Part shown: positions 40,375 through 50,665 of the stretch, in pieces | Layout: the number at the start of each line of letters is the position of its first letter | Numbering within the stretch: the stretch's first letter is position 1 | Assembly: GCA_965219345.1 (NCBI GenBank) | Contig: OZ244732.1 | Location: 1,184,001 to 1,248,000, forward strand | Reading direction: 5' to 3' | Length of the DNA stretch: 64,000 nucleotides | Origin: Nitrosopumilus sp. | Lineage (GTDB): Archaea; Thermoproteota; Nitrososphaeria; Nitrososphaerales; Nitrosopumilaceae | Made by a program: the position numbers and the translations under genes | Notes under the pieces: generated by a model | Told to the model about the DNA's origin: nothing | Databases searched by the model: none | What the model saw: the letters and a program-made list of their open reading frames with translations, nothing else

Positions 40375-41275
40375 AAGCTATGACAATAATATAATAAATA
40401 ATATTCAACTTAATCTGCTTTTACTAAAAAATAACATTCATCACTCAACAGTGTTACAATAGCACCATTACAGTTCTCAGCATGTTCTTGAAATTCATAT
40501 TCATACATATTCTTTATAATGATCGTACCATGCCATACGTCAAAATTAAATCTATATTCATATTCATCAGAAAAAAAACGACCATCACCCCAATACCTAG
40601 GTGGTGCAATATCAATAGGAATTTGTCCTTTATCTATTAAAGATAGAGTATCTGGAATGCCGTCATAGAAATGGATTAACTTACTGTCTGCCAGTTTAAG
40701 ATACCAAATATCAGCATTAGAACGGTCATCATTTTTAGCATAGTTTGGTATGAAATCACAATAACGAAATGAAAAATGATTAAATTCAATTATAGAACCA
40801 AATGATTTCCTTGCCGGTGTTTTTAAGTTATAAATAGAAAGCATTTTGAATAAATCCATACAGTCTTGTGGATCTGTTGATATGTTAAATTCAAGTAAAC
40901 ATGGTTTAGATGAATTTATCACATAAACACATAGAACATCACCATTTCTTGAAATTGCACAATCAGAGTTAATATCAAGAAGATCAATGAATTCTGTACT
41001 GCATTCTTTTGCAAGGTTTACACCATCAGTAGCAAATCCTCTCTCTGTTAATTTTTTGATTGAATCATCATATACATAAATTATATGATTGTTTTGTTTC
41101 TTCATTACAGAATAATCTTCAAACTTGTAAGCATATACTTCGGCACTTGTAAAACCCATAACTAAAAAGCATACAGGAATTACTAAAAGAAATAATTTAT
41201 TGTACATTATTGAAGTTGTAATGCAGTTTTTGTATTTTCCCAAGATGAAAATATCTTATATGGTGTATCATCAGG
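40375..41275. repeat. 901-bp direct repeat, copy 2
   Basis: Matches 31919-32819. Confidence 0.95.
40410..41207 (-). CDS. Secreted Cys-rich hypothetical protein, copy 2 (diverged orphan paralogue)
   Basis: 17 amino-acid differences from copy 1; preceded by only the last ~22 codons of the protease gene. Confidence 0.7.
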   Translation of the reverse strand: MYNKLFLLVIPVCFLVMGFTSAEVYAYKFEDYSVMKKQNNHIIYVYDDSIKKLTERGFATDGVNLAKECSTEFIDLLDINSDCAISRNGDVLCVYVINSSKPCLLEFNISTDPQDCMDLFKMLSIYNLKTPARKSFGSIIEFNHFSFRYCDFIPNYAKNDDRSNADIWYLKLADSKLIHFYDGIPDTLSLIDKGQIPIDIAPPRYWGDGRFFSDEYEYRFNFDVWHGTIIIKNMYEYEFQEHAENCNGAIVTLLSDECYFLVKAD

Positions 41276-41454
41276 GGGCAAACTTGTCTCCTTTTTTCAG
41301 TATTGATAAGAGGCTGCACATCTTTGGCTGGACGTTTATGCTGTACTTCTTTTTTGGGGTGTCATAGTCTTCTAATACTGTATATTGGCTATCTATCATG
41401 ACTAATATTTGTTATAATGATAAATAAATATAATGAAGTTATAATCTAAAACAA

Positions 41455-41688
41455 TTATTCGGGGTTGGTAACATTCAGCGTCATTGTGCTAACAACTCTG
41501 GAAAGTTTTCTAATTGTTGCAATTGCTTTTGCAAATTCTTCTTGGTCTTCTGTTTGAATTTCTGCAATTACATCATATGCCCCAAAAGTAAGATATGCGT
41601 TAATGACGACTTGTATCTGTTTTAACTCATCTACAATGTATTCTTCAGCGCCAAGATCACAATTTAATAAAATGAATCCTTTGTTCAT
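41455..41688 (-). CDS. Lrp/AsnC ligand-binding domain protein
   Basis: FILLNC..G.E, FGAYDVI, IRKL..V.STMTL. Confidence 0.85.
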   Translation of the reverse strand: MNKGFILLNCDLGAEEYIVDELKQIQVVINAYLTFGAYDVIAEIQTEDQEEFAKAIATIRKLSRVVSTMTLNVTNPE

Positions 41689-41743
41689 TACTTTATCTTA
41701 AAATAATTTATGAAGTTCAAGTCTTTAAGTTTTATAGTTATTA

Positions 41744-43108
41744 CTATCTACTACGGCCGCCGTAGCTATTTTTACCGCCTCCATCACTGTATCTTCTTCT
41801 ACCGCCTCCATCACTGTATCTTCTTCTACCGCCTCCATCACTGTATCTTCTTCTACCGCCTCTATCATCTCTTGAATCCCCACTGTTTGATCTTCCATAT
41901 CTTCCAGAACGCCCTCCTCTGGAATAGTTAGATCTTGATTGACCTCCATATCTTCTTGATGGCATTTGTCTTTTTAGAGGATCTGGAATTGAAATTTGAA
42001 TTCCCATTGCTTCATTCAAATCTTTGATAGGAACTTTGATTTGACGTTTGATAAGATTCCAATCCCCAACAGATGAATATGAAACAAATGTTATTGCTTT
42101 ACCTTCTGCACCTGCTCTAGCTGTTCTTCCAATTCTGTGAAAATATGTCAGTTCTTGATTTGGAACATCATAATTGATTACTAGTTCTACTCTTGGAACA
42201 TCTATGCCTCTTGAGGCTACATCTGTTGCTACAAGAATGTCAGCTTTCCCACTTCGGAATTTTCCCATTGCTTGCTCTCTCCTGTGTTGTGACATGTCTC
42301 CTTCTATTGCTACTGCATTGAACTTTTCTTGATGAAGGAATTTTGCAACATCTCTAGTTCTATATTTTGTTGAGCAAAATACAATAGCTTGATGTTTTAC
42401 CGGCTTGATGAAATCAATTAGATACTTGAACTTGTCTCTGTCTTTAATCACTAAAAATGATTGATCTATTCCTTCCCCACTAAGATCATCCGCATCCAAT
42501 AGAAACTGTTTTGGATTATTCAGATATTCTTCAGAGAGTCTTAGAATCTCCGTTGGCATTGTTGCTGAATACAATGACATTACTCTCTCTTCTGGTGCCA
42601 GATCTAAAATAAATTGGATATCATCAATGAATCCCATATCTAACATTGTATCTGCTTCATCAAGAACAATATGGGTGACATCTCTTAGTTCTATTGTACC
42701 TCTTTTGAGATGATCTATCAGTCTACCTGGTGTTGCTACGACAATTTCTACTCCCCTGTCAAGAGCGTCCAATTGGATTCCCATTCCTTGTCCTCCATAA
42801 ACCGTCGCCACTCTGATTTTGGTATATTTTCCAAATTTCTTTATTTCATCAGTAATCTGTATTGCCAGCTCTCTTGTTGGAGCCATGATCAATCCTTGAA
42901 TTCCATTTTTTGGTTTGATATCTTGTAACATTGCTAATGCAAAAGCAGCAGTCTTACCAGAACCTGTATGGGCTTGTCCTACAACATCCCTTCCTGTAAG
43001 TAATACTGGAATTGCTGCTTCTTGTATTGGAAATGCTTCTTCATACCCAAGATCGGTAATTCCTTTCAGTATCTCTTCTTTTAATCCTAATTCTTGAAAT
43101 TTTGTCAT
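41744..43108 (-). CDS. DEAD-box RNA helicase with R/G-rich tail
   Basis: Q motif, AHTGSGKT, PTRELA, DEAD, SAT, HRIGRTAR. Confidence 0.95.
   Translation of the reverse strand: MTKFQELGLKEEILKGITDLGYEEAFPIQEAAIPVLLTGRDVVGQAHTGSGKTAAFALAMLQDIKPKNGIQGLIMAPTRELAIQITDEIKKFGKYTKIRVATVYGGQGMGIQLDALDRGVEIVVATPGRLIDHLKRGTIELRDVTHIVLDEADTMLDMGFIDDIQFILDLAPEERVMSLYSATMPTEILRLSEEYLNNPKQFLLDADDLSGEGIDQSFLVIKDRDKFKYLIDFIKPVKHQAIVFCSTKYRTRDVAKFLHQEKFNAVAIEGDMSQHRREQAMGKFRSGKADILVATDVASRGIDVPRVELVINYDVPNQELTYFHRIGRTARAGAEGKAITFVSYSSVGDWNLIKRQIKVPIKDLNEAMGIQISIPDPLKRQMPSRRYGGQSRSNYSRGGRSGRYGRSNSGDSRDDRGGRRRYSDGGGRRRYSDGGGRRRYSDGGGKNSYGGRSR
41773..41862. repeat. 27-bp tandem repeat x3.3 (GGRRRYSDG) in the helicase tail
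   Basis: taccgcctccatcactgtatcttcttc at 41773, 41800 and 41827; partial copy at 41854. Confidence 0.95.
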
Positions 43109-43210
43109 TTTGTTTTTTCTCTTAAGCAACGACGAAAAAGCTCATTGCCTACTCGTCATTATTCCGATATCTGCCGTCTCGATTTCGGTCTAATAAACGC
43201 TTGTTATTTT

Positions 43211-44047
43211 TTACAAACCTAATTGAGAATCAATAACTTTTTTGAAACTTTCAAATGGCTGGGCTCCCTTTAACTCAACATATCCTATTTGATCATTACC
43301 TACAAAGAATCCCGGTGTTCCTGAAACTCCATAGTCTCTTCCATCATCAAGATCTTTTCTAATTTCTTCAATATACTTTCCATTAGTAAGACATGAATCA
43401 AAAACTTCTCGTTCTAGCTGCATCTCTTCAGCATATTGACTAAACAATGATAATGCAACAGCAGTTTCTTGACTGTTCCATTCATTTTGTTTTTCAAATA
43501 GTACGTCATGCATCTCTTTGAATTTGCCTTGTTCATTTGCACATTCTGATGCAATAGACGCAGGTACTGCATTTGGATGAATACTTTGAATTGGGAAATC
43601 TCTGAAAACCAAGTTGACTTTTCCTTGGTCTATGTATTCCTCGTAAATTAGTGGAAGTGTTTGAGTGTAGAATCTTGCACAAAATGGACATTGAAAGTCT
43701 GAAAACTCAATTATTGTGATTGGTGCGTCTATGTTTCCAATAATTGGGTCATTATCTACTGAAATTTTCATTGGAAGTTTTGGTTGTTCTGCGGGTAATT
43801 GATTTTGTAGTATTTTGAGTTCTAATTTGGCTATTGCCTCTTCCAGATCTTCCTCTGAAATCTGATTTGAGCTTTGATTTGATATGTATGATCCTGCAAA
43901 AAACGCTGCAATTCCTATCACTATAATTAATCCTATAATTAATCCGTTAAATGTTGATTTTTTTACAGATATCTTCCCAGAATCATTTTGATTTAACTCA
44001 AAATCATCAGAATCATTTTGATTTAACTCAAAATCATCAGAACTCAT
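43211..44047 (-). CDS. Membrane-anchored DsbA-family thiol-disulfide oxidoreductase
   Basis: FSDFQCPFC, GVSGTP.F, GAQP. Confidence 0.9.
   Translation of the reverse strand: MSSDDFELNQNDSDDFELNQNDSGKISVKKSTFNGLIIGLIIVIGIAAFFAGSYISNQSSNQISEEDLEEAIAKLELKILQNQLPAEQPKLPMKISVDNDPIIGNIDAPITIIEFSDFQCPFCARFYTQTLPLIYEEYIDQGKVNLVFRDFPIQSIHPNAVPASIASECANEQGKFKEMHDVLFEKQNEWNSQETAVALSLFSQYAEEMQLEREVFDSCLTNGKYIEEIRKDLDDGRDYGVSGTPGFFVGNDQIGYVELKGAQPFESFKKVIDSQLGL
43978..44042. repeat. Exact 30-bp tandem duplication (SDDFELNQND x2)
   Basis: cagaatcattttgatttaactcaaaatcat occurs twice. Confidence 0.95.
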
Positions 44048-44173
44048 TTAAATTCATTCCAAAGCCTAGCATACTTAATCGTATTGGCAAACCTAACAAT
44101 ATATGTCAAGTATAATTTTTGAAAACAAAGTAATTTCCTATGACTGAAAAAATTACTCCCAAATCTAGTTTGA

Positions 44174-45493
44174 CTATCCTAATCCTATAGCTCTAAAGTT
44201 TAGCTTTGAAAACTTTGTAGGATTCAAAACTCTCCTTGCATCAATAATGTTTGGGTGACTCATGTTCTTTTCAAATTTGGCAGGTACTAGTATTTTGTAC
44301 TCATCCCAGTCGGTTAGGATTATGCAGCAATCCGAATTATTCAAACACTCTTTGACGCTAGTACAATAGTTTATTCTATTCCTGAAAATAGCCTTAAAAT
44401 TGTTCATGGCCATTGGATCATGAACTCGAACTTTGAGACCTCTCCTAGTAAGCTCTTTTACAACATTAATGGACACAGCAGATCTTATATCATCAGTATC
44501 TTTCTTAAATGAGAGACCCAAAATTGAAACGGTCTTTCCACTAGAACATGCTTTGAGTTCTTTCATCAATTCAATGATTTTTTTAGGTTGTGAATCATTA
44601 ACGTTTTTTACAGCTCGCAGAAGGGTATTGGCATTACCCAACTTTTCAGAATATTTGAGTAATGCCGAGAGATCTTTTGGCAGACAGCTACCCCCGAATC
44701 CAGGCCCTGCATTGAGAAACAAAGAACCAATTCTCGGATCTTTTCCAATTGCAGCAGCTATTGTAGTTATATCTGCATCTGGTATTTTTTGACATGTGTT
44801 TGCAATCGAGTTAATGAAGCTAATCTTTGTTGCCAAAAACGCATTGTTTGTGTATTTTATCATCTCAGCAGTAGAAAAATTGGTATGAATAATCTCAAAT
44901 GATTTTGAATAAAAGGAACGATAGTATTTTTCCAAAAACAGGCCACTTTTTTTGTTGCGCTCCCCTATTACTATCAGGTGAGGGTTTTCAAGATCATGTA
45001 TTGCACTTCCCTCTCTGAGAAATTCCGGATTGACTAGGACATCTACATTTTTAGAGTCTATCAGGTCTTGTAAAATTGGAAGAATCTCTAGTTGAGTAGT
45101 TTGTGGTACTACTGTACTTTTTACTACTATTACATGATAACTAGATTTTTCTTGAAGAATTGTATGGATTTGTTTTGTGGCCTTTTTGATAAAATCAAGA
45201 TTTATTGTTCCCGAACTTGTTGAAGGAGTGCCAACAGTAAGGAAGGTTAGGTCACTATTCGTTATTGCATTTCTCAGATTGGTAGTAAATTCCAAATTTT
45301 TGGATTTGATGGATTTCTTAAGATATTTTTCAAGATTATGCTCAAAGATATCTGGTTTGCCAGACTTTAGATTGTGAATTTTTTTCTCATCAATATCCAC
45401 ACCGATAGTATGAAAACCACGCACCGCATTTACTACTGCCAAAGATAGTCCTACAAAGCCAAGACCAACTACTGAAATTCTAATTTTTTTCAT
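44174..45493 (-). CDS. ugd: UDP-glucose/GDP-mannose dehydrogenase
   Basis: GLGFVG, VGTP, KSTV, NPEFLREG, GFGGSCLPKD, FK.DTDD.R. Confidence 0.9.
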   Translation of the reverse strand: MKKIRISVVGLGFVGLSLAVVNAVRGFHTIGVDIDEKKIHNLKSGKPDIFEHNLEKYLKKSIKSKNLEFTTNLRNAITNSDLTFLTVGTPSTSSGTINLDFIKKATKQIHTILQEKSSYHVIVVKSTVVPQTTQLEILPILQDLIDSKNVDVLVNPEFLREGSAIHDLENPHLIVIGERNKKSGLFLEKYYRSFYSKSFEIIHTNFSTAEMIKYTNNAFLATKISFINSIANTCQKIPDADITTIAAAIGKDPRIGSLFLNAGPGFGGSCLPKDLSALLKYSEKLGNANTLLRAVKNVNDSQPKKIIELMKELKACSSGKTVSILGLSFKKDTDDIRSAVSINVVKELTRRGLKVRVHDPMAMNNFKAIFRNRINYCTSVKECLNNSDCCIILTDWDEYKILVPAKFEKNMSHPNIIDARRVLNPTKFSKLNFRAIGLG

Positions 45494-45501
45494 AAGCCAA
45501 A

Positions 45502-46341
45502 TTAATTTTTATTGTAAAACTCATAGGATAAATTAAGACATTCAATGTAACTTTCCGCACTTCCAAAGTCTATGCGCTTTTCATCATCATTGAGTTGTAC
45601 AGCCACACTCTTTTTGTTTTCGATCATTTTTTTCATTGCATCAGAAAGCTGAATCTCGTTATTTTTATCAGGTTCTACCTTTTCCAGAAAATCAAAGATT
45701 GTTGGTTTGAAGATATACGTTCCAATAACAGCAAGATTAGACTTTGGCTTTTTTGGTTTTTCTTCCATATTTTCTACTTCAATTATGTCATCTTTTTGCT
45801 TTCCCTCAACTACCCCATATGGTCTCGGGTCATCAACTTTAGCTACCAAAAATGCCATGTCAGCATCATACTTGAAGAATGCTTCTTCAAGTCGTTGTAA
45901 ATGATTATTTTTTTTTGATAGAATCACATTGTCTCCTGCTTGTAATAGAAAATTATTATCTTCAACAACGGGTTTGGCTCTTAATACTGCATCTCCAAAT
46001 CCTAAAGGAAATGGTTGTTGTGCAAAAACAATATTGCTGCTTTTTACCATGGAGAAAAATTGTTTTATTGTAAAATCTACAGTAGTTTTCTCATTATCAA
46101 AATCCGAAAGAAAATAATCTACTACCGATCTTTTGGAGCTTCCAACAACAAAACTAAAGTCCCTAATTCCAAAATCAAATACAGATTCAAAGATTATCTG
46201 AAGGAGAGGTTTCAACACAGAATCATTTCTGCCATTTTTTACATAAACTGGCAACATCTCTTTGGGAGCGGCTTTAGTATAGGGTAATAGTCGTTTACCA
46301 CGACCAGCTGCTGTAATTACTGACTTTGCTATCCTTGTCAT
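45502..46341 (-). CDS. galU: UTP-glucose-1-phosphate uridylyltransferase-like nucleotidyltransferase
   Basis: AAG.G.RLLP.TKA.PKEMLP, Q..PLG.GDAV, EKP, EIQLSDA. Confidence 0.8.
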   Translation of the reverse strand: MTRIAKSVITAAGRGKRLLPYTKAAPKEMLPVYVKNGRNDSVLKPLLQIIFESVFDFGIRDFSFVVGSSKRSVVDYFLSDFDNEKTTVDFTIKQFFSMVKSSNIVFAQQPFPLGFGDAVLRAKPVVEDNNFLLQAGDNVILSKKNNHLQRLEEAFFKYDADMAFLVAKVDDPRPYGVVEGKQKDDIIEVENMEEKPKKPKSNLAVIGTYIFKPTIFDFLEKVEPDKNNEIQLSDAMKKMIENKKSVAVQLNDDEKRIDFGSAESYIECLNLSYEFYNKN

Positions 46342-46453
46342 TATCTACTTTGATTAATTACTTCTTTATTTTAATGATTGACGTTAATCAAACATATTTT
46401 TCCTAAAATTTTCTATGTTTCAAAGAGGAATGGGCTTTAAACATAAGAAGTAA

Positions 46454-46527
46454 AGCCAATGACGGGATCTGAACCCATGACCTGCTGATTACAAATCAGC
46501 TGCTCTACCAGGCTGAGCTACATTGGC
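46454..46527 (-). tRNA. tRNA-Thr(TGT)
   Basis: Canonical cloverleaf GCCAATG...GCTGA-TTTGTAA-TCAGC...CATTGGC-T. Confidence 0.95.
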
Positions 46528-46665
46528 ACAAAATAAAATAAAATTTTTCAGGTTTAAAGTGTTACCTGTGGTTTATCTAAAATACTTTTTTGTTTCAAAC
46601 TAATCGAATTATCCGTCAGTTTATAATAATGCCATATTTTGATATCTGTTATGAGAATAAAATAC

Positions 46666-46884
46666 ATGCCACCACTTAGAGTAAAGGTTCTGATGATGAT
46701 GTTTTTTGGAACAGGTGCGATGGGAATGGTTATGGGATTATTTATTGCTCCTCCTTCAATGACTGTGTTTCTTACTTTATTGGGAGTAATTAATTTTGGA
46801 TTGGGTGCATTTTTTACATTTATCTTTTTAACACAAACTCCAAACACCCCTGATAAAAGAAAGAAAAAGAAAAAAGATAGATGA
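46666..46884 (+). CDS. Small two-TM membrane protein
   Basis: Two hydrophobic helices and a basic tail. Confidence 0.65.
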   Translation: MPPLRVKVLMMMFFGTGAMGMVMGLFIAPPSMTVFLTLLGVINFGLGAFFTFIFLTQTPNTPDKRKKKKKDR

Positions 46885-46986
46885 TTATGCAAGAAGGTCA
46901 AGATTTTGCTAATTTTTTAAATCGGTTATGAAAAATGTCTATCTCAATTAAAGTATAAATAATGATATTCTTTCATCAATTCAGAA

Positions 46987-47538
46987 ATGTTTGACTTTGT
47001 AGCCAAGAAATTATTCCTTACAAAAGGTAAAGGGATTCATGCAGATAGATTGACAAGTTTTGAATATGCTCTTAGAGATGCTGGAATAGCAGGAACAAAT
47101 CTTGTGTTGATTTCAAGTATCTTTCCACCACATGCTAAATTAATCTCTAGAAAAGAAGGTCTAAAAAAAATTAAACCAGGCCAGATTCTATTCACAATTT
47201 ATTCCAAGAATCAAACTAATGAACCACATAGAGTGTGTGCTGCATCAGTAGGTCTTGCACAACCAAAAGATGTGAAAAGATATGGTTATCTATCCGAATA
47301 CGAATCTTTTGGTCAAAACGAAAACCAAGCAGGTGACTATGCCGAAGACATTGCAGCACAAATGCTAGCATCTTCCTTAGGAATTCCATTTGATGTTGAC
47401 AAAAACTGGGATGAAAAAAGACAGCAATGGAAAATTTCAGGCCAGATCTATAACACTCATAATATTACTCAATCAACTAAAGGTAACAAGGATGGAAAAT
47501 GGACAACTGTATTTGCAGCAGCGGTACTCTTACTGTAA
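46987..47538 (+). CDS. pdaD: Pyruvoyl-dependent arginine decarboxylase
   Basis: LTSFE.ALRDAGI...NLV..SSI.PP, GYLSE, WTT..AAAV. Confidence 0.9.
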   Translation: MFDFVAKKLFLTKGKGIHADRLTSFEYALRDAGIAGTNLVLISSIFPPHAKLISRKEGLKKIKPGQILFTIYSKNQTNEPHRVCAASVGLAQPKDVKRYGYLSEYESFGQNENQAGDYAEDIAAQMLASSLGIPFDVDKNWDEKRQQWKISGQIYNTHNITQSTKGNKDGKWTTVFAAAVLLL

Positions 47539-48690
47539 TTACTTTTTGTATCCTTTAAGATAAAACATCGCAGCTGCAATTGCCACTATTGTTATTATAA
47601 TTACTACAGCAATTGATTCGTCAAACTCAACATTTTCAGGTTGTGTAGTTTGCTCTCCACCTAGTGAAAATTCTAATTCTTGTTTGCTTACTGATACTTT
47701 TTCACCAAAAATGTATTTACCTTGAATCCTTTGTCCTTCTTCAGGATCAAAAACCCATCCTTCTTTTGAAATGTCTGCAGGAATCTTTTCATTTTCTATG
47801 ATTTGTGTAGGGACAATATTTCCTTTGACATCTGAAACATTTGTATTCTCAGATGATAATACTATCACTTGAATTATTGAATTTAGGGGATACAGTCCTG
47901 ATGAAAAATAATCTGATCTCTTTAGATTTTCAACTTTGAGAAATTCTAATGGGCTAATTTCAGAAATTATTGTGCCTTTGTTTGGGTAATCAACTGATAA
48001 TTTTAACTGTAAAAGTGATTTTGATTCTAATGCGATAAACGAAAATGTCATTTTTGAGTTTTCTTCAAATGATAGATCCTTTGCGACATCATAAAATCCT
48101 CCTCCGTCTCTAATTATCTTTGGAATAAGTATTGTTGAAATCTTTTCATACATTGAATTTGTGTCTTCCATAGGCATTGTGTACACTGCTGAAATTATGC
48201 CCTTACTTGAAATTACTCCCGAAGTTTCAAGTGCTTCATTTATTTGATTACTACTGTGGATGAAAACCGAATGAAATTTAGCATCTGTGTCGAATGCCTG
48301 ATTAATTTCATCAATGTACAAATCACCAATCTCTTTTGTAGAATCTTGAATTGCAATAATTCCCTTATCTGCAAAATCTCTTTCTACATTTATCATGATA
48401 CATGATTGGTCAACAACTCCTAGAACACATTGGTCGTGATTAGTCAAAACTATGGCTTTAATTCTCTCGTTTTCTCTAATTTTTTGCTCCAATTCTGCAG
48501 GAATTCTAATTTCTTGAGTGTTAGTACTTTGTAATGTAATTGACGCTGTAACATTTTGTGAGATGCTATTGTCTACAATTATCTGTGCATTTTCCTGAAA
48601 AGTTGCAAGACCGAGTTCTTGTGAATAGGCATAATTTGTAGAAATTCCAATCAATGCAATTAATGCAAAGAAAAATACCTTTTTTCGCAT
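47539..48690 (-). CDS. Secreted, C-terminally anchored hypothetical protein
   Basis: Signal peptide and C-terminal TM helix followed by KGYKK. Confidence 0.75.
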   Translation of the reverse strand: MRKKVFFFALIALIGISTNYAYSQELGLATFQENAQIIVDNSISQNVTASITLQSTNTQEIRIPAELEQKIRENERIKAIVLTNHDQCVLGVVDQSCIMINVERDFADKGIIAIQDSTKEIGDLYIDEINQAFDTDAKFHSVFIHSSNQINEALETSGVISSKGIISAVYTMPMEDTNSMYEKISTILIPKIIRDGGGFYDVAKDLSFEENSKMTFSFIALESKSLLQLKLSVDYPNKGTIISEISPLEFLKVENLKRSDYFSSGLYPLNSIIQVIVLSSENTNVSDVKGNIVPTQIIENEKIPADISKEGWVFDPEEGQRIQGKYIFGEKVSVSKQELEFSLGGEQTTQPENVEFDESIAVVIIITIVAIAAAMFYLKGYKK

Positions 48691-48739
48691 AAGTTGTCAC
48701 TCTGGAAATCAAATTATTAAATTTACTCTTATTTTGGGA

Positions 48740-48788
48740 GGTGTCAAGTTATGGTGACCTGGCGAAGGGTGTCAAGTCGGTGACCTGG
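48740..48788. repeat. Imperfect tandem repeat GGTGTCAAGT-n-GGTGACCTGG x2 (possible mobile-element end remnant)
   Basis: Copies at 48740-48762 and 48768-48788; GC-rich against the background. Confidence 0.55.
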
Positions 48789-48789
48789 G

Positions 48790-49146
48790 TGGGATCTAAC
48801 ATCTTCGTGTGCTAGAACACACTGACAGAGTCAGAACTTCTCGCTTGAAGAGGGATCCTTTACAGACAGATATCACCTGAGAATCTTCAATGGTGGTCAG
48901 GACACACACAGTGGTGGATTCAACTACTGGTCAGTCGGTGCTATACACAGAGAAAACTGTACTCCTTCATGTCACACACTGTATTCTAATGCTTGGGAAA
49001 CAGCCGAGTCACACCTAAAAAGCGATCTTAGCTCAACACTTGGCATTCTAAGTGTGGGAACAATCAATTTATCCAATTCAGGATCTTATGGTTCTCCAAC
49101 TTCATACTGGAACAATGGAATAGCAGGTAAAATCAAGGTACAGTAA
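48790..49146 (+). pseudogene. 3' fragment of a foreign gene (RYHLRIF...WSVGAIHRE...)
   Basis: Open frame 48826-49146 with no start codon and an in-frame stop just upstream. Confidence 0.55.
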
Positions 49147-49226
49147 TATGCTTCCTTTTTTCTTTCTTTCACTATGAGGTTCTGCTAAGTTATGGGAATA
49201 TGAATTATCCAAATTGAATTTTGTAC

Positions 49227-50665
49227 CTATTCGGAATCAATCCTGCCGAACTTCATGCCTTCCTGGACCAAAAGTGCATTAAGTTCTGCCATGATAAGTT
49301 TTCCACCTTTTCTGCGGTTGCAGTTACCGCAAAGTAGCTGAAGATTCCCATCGTCATCAATGCCTCCCTTTGCCTTTGGCATTATGTGGTCTACTTCAAG
49401 ATCTTTGAACTGGTAGTGGTACCTGCATCCGTTGCAACAGCCTTGTTGTATACCGTATAGGGTATGTTTGATATTTTTCGATCTGTTTCCCTTTCTATTT
49501 GGTATGTCAGTTCTATGTATGACCTGCCCTGCTCCTGTGATAAATTTGGCAATGCCTGCATCCTTTCTTAGTCTTTGCTCGATTAGGGAATAGGCCCGTT
49601 CTGATATGTCACACCCTATCCATTGTCTGCCCAGTCTTTCTGCGGCCAGACATGCAGTGGCACACCCATAAAAAGGATCAAATACAATTTCACCAACACC
49701 ACTGCTACTTTCAATTATTCTTTCCAACAATGCAAGTGGTTTTTGGGTAGGATAGCCAAGTCTTTCTTCACCTTGAACATTCTGTATATCTGTCCAAATA
49801 TTCTGTAATGGTATCCCTTTTGCCTCATCAAGATATATCTTGTATCTGGGAATGCCGTTCTTGCTCTTTGGCATATGTATTCTTCCTTTTTTTTCCAATT
49901 CAAGCATTGATTCCAACGGCCTTTTCCATATTCTTACGTGTCCTTTGTACTCATATTCATATCCGCCGCCAGCCAGGCTTTCTGCGGTTAACATTATGGA
50001 ATTATACCTGCCACGTTCATCCTCGTTTCTAAAATATCTTTTAATATCCTTCTCTGAGTATGGCTTGTAGACGGCATGCCAGTTATAATTTTTTGTCTTT
50101 GTGTAAAATAATATTTGATCAGACACCTTGCCATATCTCTTTCCGTCATTATGGACGTTTGGAGTCCTTCTCCATGTAATATCATTACAAAATGATCCAG
50201 ATCCAAATATTGCATCAAGAACCAGCTTGAGATAGTGACTCATGGTAGTATCACAGTGCAGGTACAACGAACCTGTCGGTTTCAGAATCCTGTACATCTC
50301 CAAAATCCTGATTGCCATGTATATCAGATACGACATGGCAGAATCCCCGCCTATTTTTCCAGCCGTACCTATGATTGAATACAGCGGATAATTCTGTTCT
50401 GCAATTTCACCCCACCACGACGTATCAATGTCACTCAAGGTCCATGTGTCCCTGAACTCTGCACCTGCAGCCTTGGAACCGATAGGTGCCGCATAGTTAT
50501 GCTTTGAGTTGAAGGGAGGATCAAGATAGATTAAATCAACAGAATCATCTTCCATGCCCCTCATAACAGGCAGATTGTCTTTTATGAAGATTGTACGGTT
50601 TTTGATTCCATTTGATTTCGGGGGGGGGGGGCGGGCGGTGTGGGGATTCGTGCTTTTGAGGTCAT
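49227..50665 (-). CDS. N6/N4 (beta-class) DNA methyltransferase fused to HNH nuclease; frameshifted at a G12 tract near the 5' end
   Basis: DLIYLDPPFNS, YPTQKP..LLERII, FDPF.G, C-terminal CNGC..DHI.P.AKGG...NLQLLCG.CN. The likely start at 50665 is out of frame by 1 nt. Confidence 0.85.
50620..50631. repeat. G12 homopolymer
   Basis: 12 consecutive G in AT-rich DNA, inside the 5' coding region of the MTase gene. Confidence 0.9.

Noticed and set aside
31919-41275. Duplicated gene pair as a diversity-generating retroelement (TR/VR)
   Set aside because: The differences are not adenine-specific (G/T, G/C, C/T and T/C occur on the coding strand), the repeat is 901 bp, and there is no reverse transcriptase in the window.
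41271-41399. 42-codon ORF running into repeat copy 2
   Set aside because: Its stop is created at the repeat junction. It is probably the stump of an interrupted gene and is too short to assign.
41773-41862. 27-bp repeats as a possible CRISPR array
   Set aside because: The units are directly adjacent with no spacers and encode the R/G-rich helicase tail. There are no cas genes in the window.
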